From Lama guanicoe (lineage: Eukaryota): 64,000 bases of DNA. The position numbers and the translations under genes were made by a program. Position 1 is the first letter of the stretch, and every line of letters begins with the position of its first letter. Positions 41,701-64,000 of this stretch are shown here, in pieces. The notes beneath the pieces were generated by a model, which had not been told where the DNA came from, made no database searches, and saw nothing but the letters and a program-made list of their open reading frames with translations. Where the stretch lies: contig MU054323.1 of NCBI GenBank assembly GCA_013239625.1, positions 8,545,220 through 8,609,219 of the forward strand. The letters run 5' to 3'.

Positions 41701-43587
41701 GCCCTAACCTCATCTGCTTTCTCCTGGCCCTGTCCTGCATGAACTGCAGACCCACCACTGTCCCAGGGCTTGGTTTGTCCACAAGAGATGATCCAAGGTC
41801 CCAGCTCCCTGCCCTCCCCTGATGGCTCAGACAGGCCTTTGGGTGGAGGCGGGGTGCTGCACTGCCAGCTAGATACCCAGCATGGGCAGTGAAGGGCCTT
41901 GTCACCTGTCCATGGAGCCACCATTTTCCTTGTCCTTTGGAAATTCCTCTTATGGCTCTTCTTCAACCTAGCTTTGTCACTGCAGGGCCTGCAGGTGAGG
42001 CTGGGCCCCCAGGGCCTCCTGGGATGCAGGGACCCCCAGGCCCTGCTGGACCTCCAGGACCTCCAGGCAAGGATGGACAAGAGGGGCCAATTGGGCCACC
42101 AGGTATGTGTGCTGAGATCCTTGCTGTGGCCAGGGTTATCACCCACCTAGGCCGACCTGGGCTTGACAATCCACTCTGACCTTGACAGAGAAGGAGGGAA
42201 GGAGGCGAGGAACTGGGGCTCCTACATGGCTGATAATGACAAGGAAAATGACTAGGAGCTAGGATAGTCATTGTGTTGGCCAACTGGCTACGGTGGCCTC
42301 ACTGCTGTGTTGAAGGCTGAGCCTACAAAGGCTGTGTAGGTGTGAAAGGCTGGGGGCTAGGGCTCATAGCCCAACAGTTGAACAGAACGGACCTTCTCTA
42401 TTCCTCCTTTTCTTGATACCCCCATTCCTGCTTTGGAGTCTGCATAGCACCTAGCACAGTGCAAAAGACTCAACAGATGTTTGCTGAGTGACTTAGCAAA
42501 AGTTCCCCTACTTCTCACTGCTCCCTTTCCTCTTCCCACAGGTCCCCAAGGTGAACAGGGTAAGTTCCTCTCATTCAATGCTGGAGGGAGGGGAACTGAA
42601 CTAGGGTTTGGAGGATACCTCAGGCAGCTATGGGGTTAGAGAGGGAAAGAGGGATGGACAGCTCTGCACCAAGCATCCACTCTGACACCCTCTTCACCCC
42701 CACCCAGGAGTGGAGGGGGCACCAGCACCCTCTGTGCCCCGGGTGGTCTTTTCAGCTGCCCTGAGTTTGCCCCGGTCTGAACCAGGCACAGTGCCCTTCG
42801 ACAGAGTCCTACTCAACGATGGGGGCTACTACGATCCAGAGACTGGTAAGCCCGGGCACTGGGGCGAGTCAGGGAGGCTGTGCAGTGATATGTCCCCATT
42901 CCTGACTTTTCAGACAAGGTGAATCTTCATTCTTTGGTTTGGGGAGACCCGTGTTCTTGCCTTCATTTATTCATTCTCACCACAGTTTGGGCTGAATGGT
43001 GGGGTTGGGAGGGGAGGCGCTCTGGGTCCAGAGCTCTCTTCTGGGGGCCTGCTCTTGCCCAGGCAGTTTGAAGTGCTGGGGATGCGGAAATGAACAAAAC
43101 CGAATGCCCTGCCTTCGTGGAGCTTACATTACAAGAGAGGAGAAAAGACCCAGCAGGTCCCTCTCTGGTCCAGGAGTTCTGGATGACCTCCCAGAGGCCT
43201 TCCCACTCCCTGCCACCTGTTCCCTCCTGACCGCCACTCTTGCCCCCAGGCGTGTTCACGGCGCCACTGGCTGGACGCTACTTGCTGAGCGCAGTGCTGA
43301 CTGGGCACCGGCACGAGAAAGTGGAGGCGGTGCTGTCTCGCTCCAACCTGGGCGTGGCTCGTATAGACTCTGGCGGGTACGAGCCTGAGGGCCTGGAGAA
43401 TAAGCCGGTGGCCGAAAGCCAGCCCAGCCCAGGCGCCCTGGGCGTCTTCAGCCTCATCCTGCCGCTGCAGGCTGGGGACACCGTCTGCATCGACCTGGTC
43501 ATGGGGCAGCTGGCGCACTCGGAGGAGCCGCTCACCATCTTCAGCGGAGCCCTGCTCTACGGGGACCTGGAGCTAGAACAGGCGTAG
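36603..43587 (+). CDS. EMILIN1: EMILIN-1 (1017 aa): signal peptide, EMI domain, coiled coil, 17 Gly-X-Y collagen stalk, gC1q
   Basis: Exons 36603-36772, 37731-37856, 38314-38534, 39694-41619, 41986-42102, 42542-42559, 42708-42845, 43250-43587 total 3054 nt. Motifs [26 protein letters not shown] and [38 protein letters not shown]. Confidence 0.97.
38668..38769. repeat. Compound microsatellite (GA)n-(TG)~20-(TCTG/TG)n in EMILIN1 intron 3
   Basis: Directly visible. Confidence 0.97.
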
Positions 43588-43952
43588 ACCAGGGGCTGGG
43601 CCCGACCGGCCCAAAGTGTCTACGCCGGCCAAAGAGCCAGCTGGGGCGGCGGCTCCCCGGGGTCTTGCCAGGGACGGGGCGCCGACCCTGAGCGAGCCGC
43701 TGTCTCCGTACCCGCCGCGGCACAGGCGTCCAGAGTAACCTCCTCCTCACGGTCGGAGCGTACGGGTCGAGGACTCTGGGGGTCGCCTCATTGGGGCTTT
43801 TGGTCTGATCACCGTCCCCTGCAAGACCTAGACTGCGGAGGAGCCGATCCTTGCACCCTTTCCTCCCCCAGCTGGCTTTTTGGCCGATTCCCTGGGCTCC
43901 GGGGCTCTCCCGAGGGGGCTCCGGTCCCCATTGCCATACTAAACTATTCAGG

Positions 43953-43958
43953 AATAAA
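43953..43958 (+). terminator. EMILIN1 poly(A) signal
   Basis: AATAAA about 365 nt after the stop. Confidence 0.85.
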
Positions 43959-44887
43959 GACACTTGGTTTTTCTAAAAAACAAAACAAAACGAAAAAAGC
44001 TGTCTGCTCCAGTATGTGTTCAGGGGTAGACAGGAATTCACAGGGTATTGGGTGAGGGAGCCCTCGGTTCTGGACCCTGCTCGCGCCCTCCTCTCTGCCT
44101 TGGGTGGCTCTGCCCGCAGTCACTTGACGCGCGGGCGGGAAGTGCGCCGAGAATGGCCCTCCTCCAGGTCGCCCTTTCCGCCGACGTCCGCCAGAGGGCG
44201 TTGGGAGTTGAGACCACAGCGCCGGCGGGCGATGTCTCCGGTCACGTGACCACTGCCGCTCACCTTGCGGGCCCCGGCTGCTTAGCGGCGGACGCTAGGC
44301 CTCGGGCTGCGATTGGCCGGACTTCAGGGGCGGGGCGGGGCAGCGGCGGCGGCGCGAGCAGCTGCGCGGGATGCAGGGGGGCCAGGCCGCAGCTGCGAGG
44401 CCCGACTCAACTCTGCCTGTCTAGGGTCTGGAGTGGGAGCCGCCGGTGCAAGAGAGGGCAGGGTAAGAGGTGCCTTTCTACCGCACTTTCTGTTGGCATT
44501 CATGAGGTTGCCTAGCTGTCCCTTGGACAGCTTTGCATTAGCTCCGAATCCGTGTGACAAGTGAGGAAATTGAGGCCGAGAAGTGGGATGCGTGGCCATA
44601 TCCTGTGCCACACAACCTGCTAAGGGGAGGCCGGAAATCAAAACCTCGGGGTCTGCGCCCCCAGGCCCGCCGGGGTAGGTGAGCGTGGAGAGCAAGAGCC
44701 CGGCTCCGTCCCCGGTACCCCACTGCACCCCTCGCCGCTGCGGGAAGCTCCCTGGAGGAGGAGCTCGGGACGCGGAGGAGGAGCCAGGGCAGCCCCTGGG
44801 AGCGGGGACACGATCCTCCGGGATAAGAGGCAGAGAGCGAAAGGAACCCCGTCAGCCGGGCGTGCAGAAAGCTCCGGGAGCAGCCTC

Positions 44888-55502
<10,615 letters not shown>

Positions 55503-56847
55503 TAGTTGGGGCACGGGCTCACACCCCTGACCTGCCGCAAGTCTGGCAGCACTGGCTGCCGTTGGTTTCTTCTCTCTAGCTAGCCTTGCATCAGGCTGCC
55601 CTGCTCCCTGGGCATCTGCCAGCTGTGAGAGGGCCCCCCTGTGACCTGGTGTCGCATGTGGCAGAGCCGCAGAGCAAATAAATCCTTTTCCCAGAGCCAT
55701 CTCCCTTCTGGCAGTCTGTTCATCCTTGATGTCCATGCTGCTCTGGCTGGGGATTCTGGAGGCTTTCATCATGTAGGCCTTCACCCTCTTTTTCTCTGTT
55801 CCCCAAATTCACCTCCTGCCCAGGCCCCAAGGAGGCACCCGCCCAGACCAGAGCAGCAGGAAGTGCCCCAGGCTTGCCACCAGCTGTGCCCTTACTGGGG
55901 CCCAGCCCTCCCTGGTGAAGAGCAGCCACTGGGCCTGGTAGAGGCCAGACTTCCTGGTGGGGGAGGAGACAACCCCTTGCTCCCCAGGGAAACTTCTGAA
56001 AAAACACAAGCCCTGAGAAATGCTCCTCTGGGCTGTCATGAGACTCAAATCCCATGGCTGCAGGAGTGTCCACATGGCTGAGCCAAACTGACAGGCTGGG
56101 TAGGGAGCCTAGTCTGTGGTTTGGTGGAGCCTTTGCAGTTTAAAAATATCTCCCTAGTCATTGCCGCCGAGTCTGACCGCCTCACCCTTGGAGCCACCTC
56201 ATAGTTAAGGTGGTACCTCAGCCACAGATGTGACCCAGGATACAGAGTATAGCTGTCCCTGGGTCTGAGGGCATATTAGAATGGTGGATTTCCACATGGG
56301 AGTTGGGACAGGGGGAGTGAGGTCATAGAGTATGATAAAGGGTGAGACAGACCTGAATTCAAATGTGCCACTTCATTAGCTGTGTCACCTTGGGTACGTT
56401 ACTGAACTCACCTCCAATTTCCTCATCTATCAAATGGGACTAATTTTGCTTAGTGATAGAATTATCATAAGGATAAAATCAGATGGTAGATAAAATGCCC
56501 GCCATGCTGCCCAGTGTGTACTAGGCTCTCAACAAATGGTAGTTATTGTTAATATTTTCAGAGGTTGGGGGCAGATACAGGATGATAAGGAAGATCTGCT
56601 CTGAACAGGCCGCTGGTGGTCCGACACCAGGTGAGAGGGGACCAGGAGTGGCTGGGCTGCAGGAAGAGGCTAAGCTCTCCTGCCTGGGTTGTCTGCAGCT
56701 GGCTATGGCCTAGTGCGGTACGCTGCTGTGTCTCAGCACCATCTGGGAACACTGGAAAAGCTGGATCCCTGCCCCTCCCAGAGGCCTGTCCAGTCCCCTA
56801 CCCCTGCAGCCTGAGGTCAGAGCAGGAGGGATGAGTTCATTCAGTTC

Positions 56848-56853
56848 TTTATT
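56848..56853 (-). terminator. CGREF1 poly(A) signal
   Basis: TTTATT on + (AATAAA on -), about 190 nt past the stop. Confidence 0.75.
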
Positions 56854-57043
56854 GGTTGTCCGGGCCCTAAAGCTGCCCTTCAACTTAGGGTCTCCCTGAG
56901 CTGCACAGAAAGACCTGCCGCCTACTGGGGCCAGGAACAGGGCACAGAAGGGGTCATCGTCCCAACATACACACCCCACCCACCCTTCACGGTTTACGTT
57001 CTAGCACTGAGACTTATAGGGTGCAAACCTGTATCCTCAAGGT

Positions 57044-59315
57044 TTATATCTCTTCATTCTCCAGCTGAATAGCATGGACCTCAAACTCATTTGGGGTGTT
57101 CTCAGACTCCAGTGTTTCCCCTGGGAGCTCCTCTGCTCCCTCTCCAGTGTCCCTGGCCTCTGCCTGTCTCCCAATCTCCCCTCCTGGGCCTGGGGCTTCT
57201 TTTTCAGCCTCTGCCTGTCCCTCAGCCTCCTGTACAGGCTCCGAGGACTCCCTTCTGACCTCCATCTGTCCCCCAGCTTCTTCTCCAGGACCCAGGGCTT
57301 CATGTATTTCTTGTCTTGATGGAGTTTTAGCCAGCAGAGGCTGCGTCTCAGCTTCTTGTGGCCCCAGGGGCTCTTTGGGCTCTGCAAGCCTGGGGGCCTC
57401 TCCGGGGAAGTTGATGAGCTCTGCAGGGGTCATGAGCCCATCCCCATTCAGGTCCTGGGTCTCCAGCACCTTATCCACTACCAGGATCACCTGTGGAAGG
57501 GTCTACAGTGACTGGAGATGCTCCCAGGAGCCTTGACCCACCCAACAACACCCTCTGCATCCCTGCCATGCAGGCTTTGAGCCCTCCTTTTACAAGGGAT
57601 TCACCCAAAGAATCATGATGAAAAAAACCAAAGCCACAAGGAGCTGGGTCTTCTTCTTGGGAGAAGGGGCCTCCCATCCATCAGGGCTTACCGGGTTGGT
57701 GGTGGGAGAGTCAGCATCTCCAGGGGCCAGAGCTGCTGTCAACATGGACAACAGCTCTAGGCCATCCAGCTGTCCACTCTGGTCATAGTCATGGAGGGCA
57801 AAGAGGTAGAGGAGAACTAAGAAGGAAAGGCTGGATCAGAAGAGGCATCAGGGGATAGGTGGAGGAGGCAGGAGTCCTGGGATGGCCCGAGGTCAGTCCA
57901 AGCTCAGGCTGCCCTGAGCCTCCGGTCCACTGGCCCTAACAGCCCAGCCCAGGTCCTCACCCTGTTCCCGGCTCATGTGCTCCGGCTCCTCTTCCATCTT
58001 CTCTAGTCCCTTTAGGTAGCTCTGCAGAAGTCTGGCAGGAAAGCAGAAAATCAGCCCCCAAGAAGCCAGTCTGCAGGCCCAGGCCTGACCCTCAGGTCCC
58101 CAGCCCAGCCTACTCACCGAAGCTGCTCCTGGCCTGGCTGGAAGGGGTTGGGCAGAGGCAGATGCTGCTCTTCAGGGACCAGCCTGGAGGAAGGAGGGAA
58201 GGACCAGCCTTGCAAAGAGCCTCCCTGAGGGCCCAGCCTGGCAACAGCCTTCTATCCCCAAGCTCCTGGTACAGTTCCCTCCCCAGACCCAAAGCAAGCT
58301 GCTTCTCTGGATTCCCAAAACTTTGTGGGGATGAGGCCCTTCTGGCTTCCTCAGAAGCAGAACATTACTGCCCAGACTCTGCTCTTGCAGATTCCTAACT
58401 TAAATGTTAAGTGAAAATCTCAATAAAACATCCAGTTAGGAGGAGGTCACACCTCGAAGGTACAAGTTTAAGACCCAAGAAAACAGCACAGTGGGCAGCA
58501 GGACAACATGGATCGTGGCAACTCTTCTACTGGGATGCTGGGAGCTCAGGGACAGGTCTCTGGCTGAGCCTAGTGGTACTGCCCAGTGTTACACAGACCC
58601 GAGTTGCTCCATGACATGAAATGGACCCTTTTTTTTCCCCAAGTTGAGGGCACATATATTGGTTTTGGAGTTTCAATCTGCTCTGTCAGTCTTTAAAGCT
58701 CAAGATTTGCTCCCACTTCTGAACAGGGATCCCTGTTTGCCCAAGTCTATCCAGATCTCTGACGCCAGAGAGCTGGCAGGAGCTGGTGCAGCACTTTTGT
58801 CACTGCTGCCAGCCCTGTTGCTGCTCTGTATCTGTCCCCCGGCCCCACCCAGCTTTCCCACCGCATTGCATTAATACACAAAACAACAAGAAAGTATTCA
58901 AATAAAATAGAAATGATATGCTAATTATCTCTATTTCTTTGGCGTTCCTACTACAGAGTCTTGATAAGGGGACTGCAGCCCCTTCCCTGACCCATAGCTT
59001 CACACCTCACTGGAAATGAACCCCTGGTTTCCAAGCAAGTCCAGAAAACATGTGTTGAATACCCACTTTGCACAGGCACTAGGCAGACGTTGAGGTGGGT
59101 TAGGATGATACAGAAGTCAGGGAGCGTGTGCCCCAGTCTCCTGCCTCCCAGAGGGGCCCACCACCCCTCCGATTCTCCAGAGACACTCACTACTCCAGGC
59201 CCACAGCCCTGCCCTCTGAATCCCATTACCTCATGGTTCCATCCTTGGGAGCAGCCTGACTTAGGGGCAGCGGCAGCAGCAGCAAAACTAGTATTTTCAT
59301 TGTCAGTGGTAACAT
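57044..59315 (-). CDS. CGREF1: Cell growth regulator with EF-hand domain 1 (264 aa, secreted)
   Basis: Exons 59230-59315, 58118-58183, 57961-58031, 57692-57816, 57044-57490 are in frame. Signal peptide MLPLTMKILVLLLLPLPLSQAAPKDG, EF loops DYDQSGQLDGLE and DLNGDGLMTPAE, ends HAIQLENEEI*. Confidence 0.95.
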
Positions 59316-60209
59316 CCTTCCTGTAACTGGAAGTAGGAACAGAGTTAGGGGGTCAGAGGGAAGGGGTGTCTGCCACAGAGGCAGGGATCGGTGGGTTGGG
59401 CCTCTCTCCCTGCCTCCACCTGCAGCCCAGGTGACAGGACCCCTGCTCAGGGAGGAGTCAGACACAGGCATCAGTAACCACCCCCTCCATGGAACTTTAC
59501 TCAAAATAAATCTTATTCCCTCTCCAGCTTGTAAAGTGCATAAAGCAGATCTGCTCTGGGAGAAGCCACACTGTGGGCAGGAGCCCCTCCACACACCCCA
59601 CTCCCCTTGCCTTGCCAGCCCCCCAGGTGCTCAGAGAAGTGCAGTTTAAGTATATCTGATCTAGTTTAGTCCACTCATTTTACAGATGGAAACTAGCTCA
59701 GAGAGGTTAAGAAAAAGGCCAAATTAGAAATGCAGAGAGTTACAAGAAGACCAAGCCTTAAACAGAGAGGGAAACAGATTGTTGGTTTGTATTTATGAAA
59801 AACTCACTGAAGAACAAATCAAAAGGGGCTCAGATTGCTTGAAACAGGTCTACACTCAGGTAGGGATCAAGGTTGATCAAAGATCAGCAAATCAAGGTCA
59901 ATCCAACAGTGGTCCCAGGAATTGCTATTTACTAAAGGCAGTTAGGAAAACCAGATCCCAGTATGAAGAAAAAAACAGTCAATTTCCTTTAGATCTACAT
60001 TGTGTAGGCCCATTGGCAGCACAATCACTTGATTATAAGAAAGCAGTCAAGCAGAGGATCCATCAAAAGCACCGAGCATGAAGCGTTCTGATTAGTCCTG
60101 AGAGTGTACGTATCATGTGAGTTTCTGAGGAAGAAGAAGCCCTCTAAAGCCGAGGCCTGAGACCTCAAACTCATCTCAAGAAAGACAAATCATCAGGTGC
60201 AGAGGATCA

Positions 60210-60324
60210 GGAACCCTCTGAAATGTGCACTCTGGCTGGCATTGAATTTTCCTGGCGAAAGATCCATAGCTTTCAGCAGATTCTCAAAGAGTTCCATGAC
60301 CCCTGACAGGGTTCAGAACCACTG
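60210..60324. mobile_element. hAT-type MER DNA transposon end (family not determined)
   Basis: 'gatccatagctttcagcagattctcaaagagttccatgacccc...ggttcagaaccactg' ends in a Charlie-type TIR. Confidence 0.55.
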
Positions 60325-60779
60325 CAAGGGGGGATGTCAGCTTCCTAAGAGATGTGGGGTAGAGCAGGTGAGCATCTGGCCAACTGGCAGGTACATGTGG
60401 GGACCCAGCTGTAGCTGTGCAAATAGAGCTGTTTTGAGGAAGAAGCAGCAAAACATGGAAGTCCACGAGAAAATGAGGCTACTGAGAGTCATAGAAACTG
60501 TCTCCACTTTTCTACACATACATTGGCCCCAACAGATACATAGTTTGTTGGTGTCCATAGTCCCCTGTGGCCAAATATGTGCAGAAGCCACAGCTGCCTT
60601 AAAGGTGTTTGTGAACTTCCACTGGCAACATAGATCCTTGGACTTCAGTTGTTGTAGCCAAGAGAGAAGACAGGTCTTAGACCTGTCCAAGGGAGCAGAT
60701 AGAACTGAGGTCTCCATACTCCTGGGGACTCTTAGAGGTCCCACCACAGTGGACACACCTCAGTGAAAGGATGGACCAG

Positions 60780-61555
60780 AACAATATCCAGACTTCCACA
60801 TCTGGGAGTATGAGAGTAAATGTCCCAAAAAAAGTAACTACAAAGCCGGATAAAAACAGAAAGTATCTTTTTTAATGCATTGAGTTGGCAAGAAAGTAAG
60901 AAATACCCAGGGTACAAAAGCACAGTGAAAACAGTCATTCCTGGTGAAAAACTGTGCTTGAAATCAGCTTTTGCCTGAAAAGTATCTGCCAAACCAAACC
61001 AGCTTAACTTCAACTACCAGTTGAGTACTTTGTACAATAGAGGAAACCAGAGATAAAGCCTTTACATTGGGGCCCTCCCAATGTAAAGAGACTAATAGGA
61101 TATTACCCACACAAATTTTGGATTCAAACAGCTTTTCTCTCAAAATACAATTTATACAAAGGTTTTAAAAACATAGATTTTTTAAAAAAAAATGCAATGA
61201 GTGAGTTAAATAGATTAGACACAGATGGTATGAGAATTAATGAACTGGGAAATAAATCTGAATAAATTATCCAGAATGCAGTTCATTGGGTCAAAGACAT
61301 AGAAAATATAAAACAAAGGTTAAGCAGCATGGAGGATGGAGGCAATAATAGAGAAAATTAGACAGAAGCGGTATTTGAAGAAATAATATCAGAGATTTTT
61401 CCACTATGTTGCAAAACACTAATATTCCCATCCAGGAAGCCCAACAATCCCAGGCAGATTAAATAATCAGAAACACACGTCTAGAGCTATTATTCTAAAA
61501 CAACAGAACACTGAGAAAAAGAAAAGATGTTAAGAGCAGTCAGAAAGAAAAAACA
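60780..61555 (+). mobile_element. Ancient L1M/HAL1-like 5'UTR and ORF1 remnant
   Basis: Degenerate ORF1 motifs 'gtatttgaagaaataata...gagattttttcca', 'atccaggaagcccaacaatcccaggcag' and 'gaaaagatgttaagagcagtcagaaagaaaaaac'. Confidence 0.7.
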
Positions 61556-62665
61556 CCCACAGACCTACAATCAATTAGTATTCGACAAAGGAGGCAAGAA
61601 TATACAATGGAAAAATGACAGTCTCTTCAGCAAGTGGTGTTGGGGAACTGGACAGTCGCATGTAAATCAGTGAAGTTAGAACACACCCTCACACCATACA
61701 CACAAATAAACTCAAAATGGCTTAAAGACATAAACATAAGACGAGACACTACAAACCTCCTAGAAGAAAACATAGGCAAAACATTTTCTGAATAAATCTT
61801 AGCAATGTTCTCCTAGGGTAGTCTCCCAAGGCAATGAAAATAAAAGCAAAAACAAACAAATGGGACCTAGTTAAATTTCCAAGATTTTGCACAGCAAAGG
61901 AAACCATAAGCAAAACAAAACGACAACCTACAGAATGGGAGAAAATATTTGCAAATGATGTGACTGACAAAGGTTTAATTTCCAGAATATACAAACAGCT
62001 CATACAACTTAATAACAAAACAACAAACAACCCAATCTAAAAATGGGCAGAAGACCTAAACAAGCAATTCTCCAATGAAGACACAGAAATGGCCCATAGG
62101 CACATGAAAAAATGCTCAATATTGCTAATTATCAGAGAAATGCAAATCTAAACTACAATGAGGTATCACCTCACACCAGTCAGAATGCCATCATTAAAAA
62201 GTCCACAAGCGATAAATGCTGGAGAGGGTGTGGAGAAAAGAGAACCCTCCTACACTTTGGTCATAATGTAGTTTGGTCCAGACATTATGGAAAATAGTAT
62301 GGAAATGCCTCAAAAAACTAAAAATAGACTTACCATATGATCCAGCAATCCCACTCCTGGCCATATATCCAGGGGGAACTCTAATTAGAAAAGATACGTG
62401 CACCTCAATGTTCATAACAGCACTATACAATATACAATAGCCAAGACATGGAAGCAACCTAAATGTCCACTGACAGATGACTGGATAAAGAAGATGTGGT
62501 ATATTTACACAATGGAATACCACTCAGCCATAAAAAAGAATAAAATAATGCCATTTGCAGCCACATGAATGGACCTGGAGATCGTCATTCTAAGTGAATT
62601 AAGTCAGAAAGAGAAAGAAAAATACCATAGGATACCACTCATATATGGAATCTAAAAAAAGAAAA
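61556..62665 (+). mobile_element. Younger 5'-truncated L1, ORF2 C-terminal fragment
   Basis: [13 protein letters not shown]...NKWDLVK...FCTAKETI...[12 protein letters not shown]...CWRGCGEK (zinc-knuckle region)...GI*, with several stops and frameshifts. Confidence 0.95.
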
Positions 62666-63981
62666 AAGGAGAGATTGAATCAAGATGGTGGAGTAGTAGG
62701 GCCATGAACTCGCCTCTCCTTGCAACTACAACAAAACCACAACTGACTTCTTGACAGCCATTGAGAAAAAAGACTGGAGTCTAACAAAAAGGATCTGCTT
62801 CAAGTGGAAACATTGAGACAGAACCATAACAGGAAGGTAGGAGGGGTGCACTCACAATATAGTTGGGTCCCATACCCTCTGGGTGGGCAATCCACAAACT
62901 GAAGAACAATTAAGTCACAGAGGCACTTTCACAGGAGCGAGAGTTCTGACTCCCACATCAGTCTCTCCAGACCAGGGTTCCAGCAGTGGGAGGAGGAGAC
63001 CCCAGGGCATCTGGTTTTGAAGGCCAGTGAGGCTTAACTTCAGGAGCCCCACAGGACTGGGAGAGACAGATTTAACTCTCTTGGGAGGCGCACACAGGAT
63101 CTTGAGTGCACCAGGTCCAGGGGTAGAGATGGTGATTGCATAGGAACCTGGGCCAGACCAGCCTGCTAGTTTTGGAAGTTCTCCTGGGGAGTTAGGGGAC
63201 TGCTGCAGCTCACACAGGGGACATAGAAGCTGGTGGTGGACACTCTGGGAGTGTTCATCTTCATGAGCTTCCCTGGAGGCTGACATCTTGATTGGATTAA
63301 TAACACCAAGACCCAGCCCCACCCAACAGCCAGTAGGCTTAAGGGCTAGGAACCCTCAGGCCAAACAACATACTGGGTGGAAACACAGCCTCATTCATCA
63401 GCACACTTTCTGAGCCACAAACACCTCTAGGCAGGGCCCTACCCACCAGAGGTCCAGGCCAAGCTTCACCCAGCAGTGGGCAAGCACCAACCCTCCTGTC
63501 AGGAAACCTACATAAGCCTCTAGCCCTGCCTCATCCACCAGGGGGCAGATACCAGAAATAAGAAAACAATAGCCCCAAGCCTGTGGAAGGAATCCACAAA
63601 CACAGGCCAGACTTTACACTGGGACCAGCTCGACCCTGCCCCTTGGGGGACAAGAGAGGAGTGTACTGCTGGGATGCACAGGACATCTCCCACAAAGGGC
63701 CACTTCTCCAAGGTTGAGAATCTTAACTAGCCCATCTAAAAACACAAAGAGAAAGACAGACAAAATGAGGCAGCAGAGGAATATCCTCCAGGACAAGACA
63801 CAAGATAAAATCATAGAAGAAGAAATAAGTGATGAGGAAACAGGCAATTTATCTGAGAAAGAGTTTAAAATGATGATGGTGAAGATGTTTAGAGAACTCA
63901 AGAGAAGTATAACTGCAGAGTGAGGGCAAACTGTAATAATTCTATATAATAAAACTGGAAAGAAATAAAATAAAATAAATT
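62666..63981 (+). mobile_element. 5'-intact, 3'-truncated L1 (5'UTR, ORF1 N-terminus, A-rich tail)
   Basis: Begins ggagagattgaatcAAGATGGtgg (decayed YY1 site). About 1.1 kb of 5'UTR, ORF1 ATG at 63765 (MRQQRNILQDKTQDK...NLSEKEFKMMMVKMFRELKR), AATAAA at 63948, (AAAAT)n tail. Confidence 0.8.
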
Positions 63982-64000
63982 AAAAAAGAAAAGACACTAA

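Noticed and set aside
44232..44260. ChREBP carbohydrate response element at the KHK E-box
   Set aside because: No second E-box-like half-site at 5-bp spacing on either side.

Overview
Gene-dense mammalian DNA syntenic to human 2p23.3. The species is probably a camelid: a tRNA-Ala-derived Vic-1-type SINE is present and I saw no Alu, Bov-tA or PRE-1. Gene order is TMEM214 3' part (+), intron-containing tRNA-Tyr(GTA), tRNA-Ala(AGC), AGBL5/CCP5 (+, 886 aa, several alternative C-termini), OST4 (-, 37 aa), EMILIN1 (+, 1017 aa), KHK (+, 298 aa, mutually exclusive exons 3A/3C), CGREF1 (-, 264 aa, non-coding exon 1 outside the window), then a nested LINE-1 cluster. I assembled exon chains by hand from splice signals, and all close in frame. 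Comparisons with human proteins are from memory, not a search. The best leads are a possible decayed multi-exon coiled-coil gene between OST4 and EMILIN1, a frame-compatible set of relic exons in AGBL5 intron 11, a 5'-intact L1 polyadenylated inside ORF1 with an apparent TSD, a natural S80A change in KHK-A, and two GC-AG introns. No new system is proven; the top leads are inferences that need alignment or RNA data.
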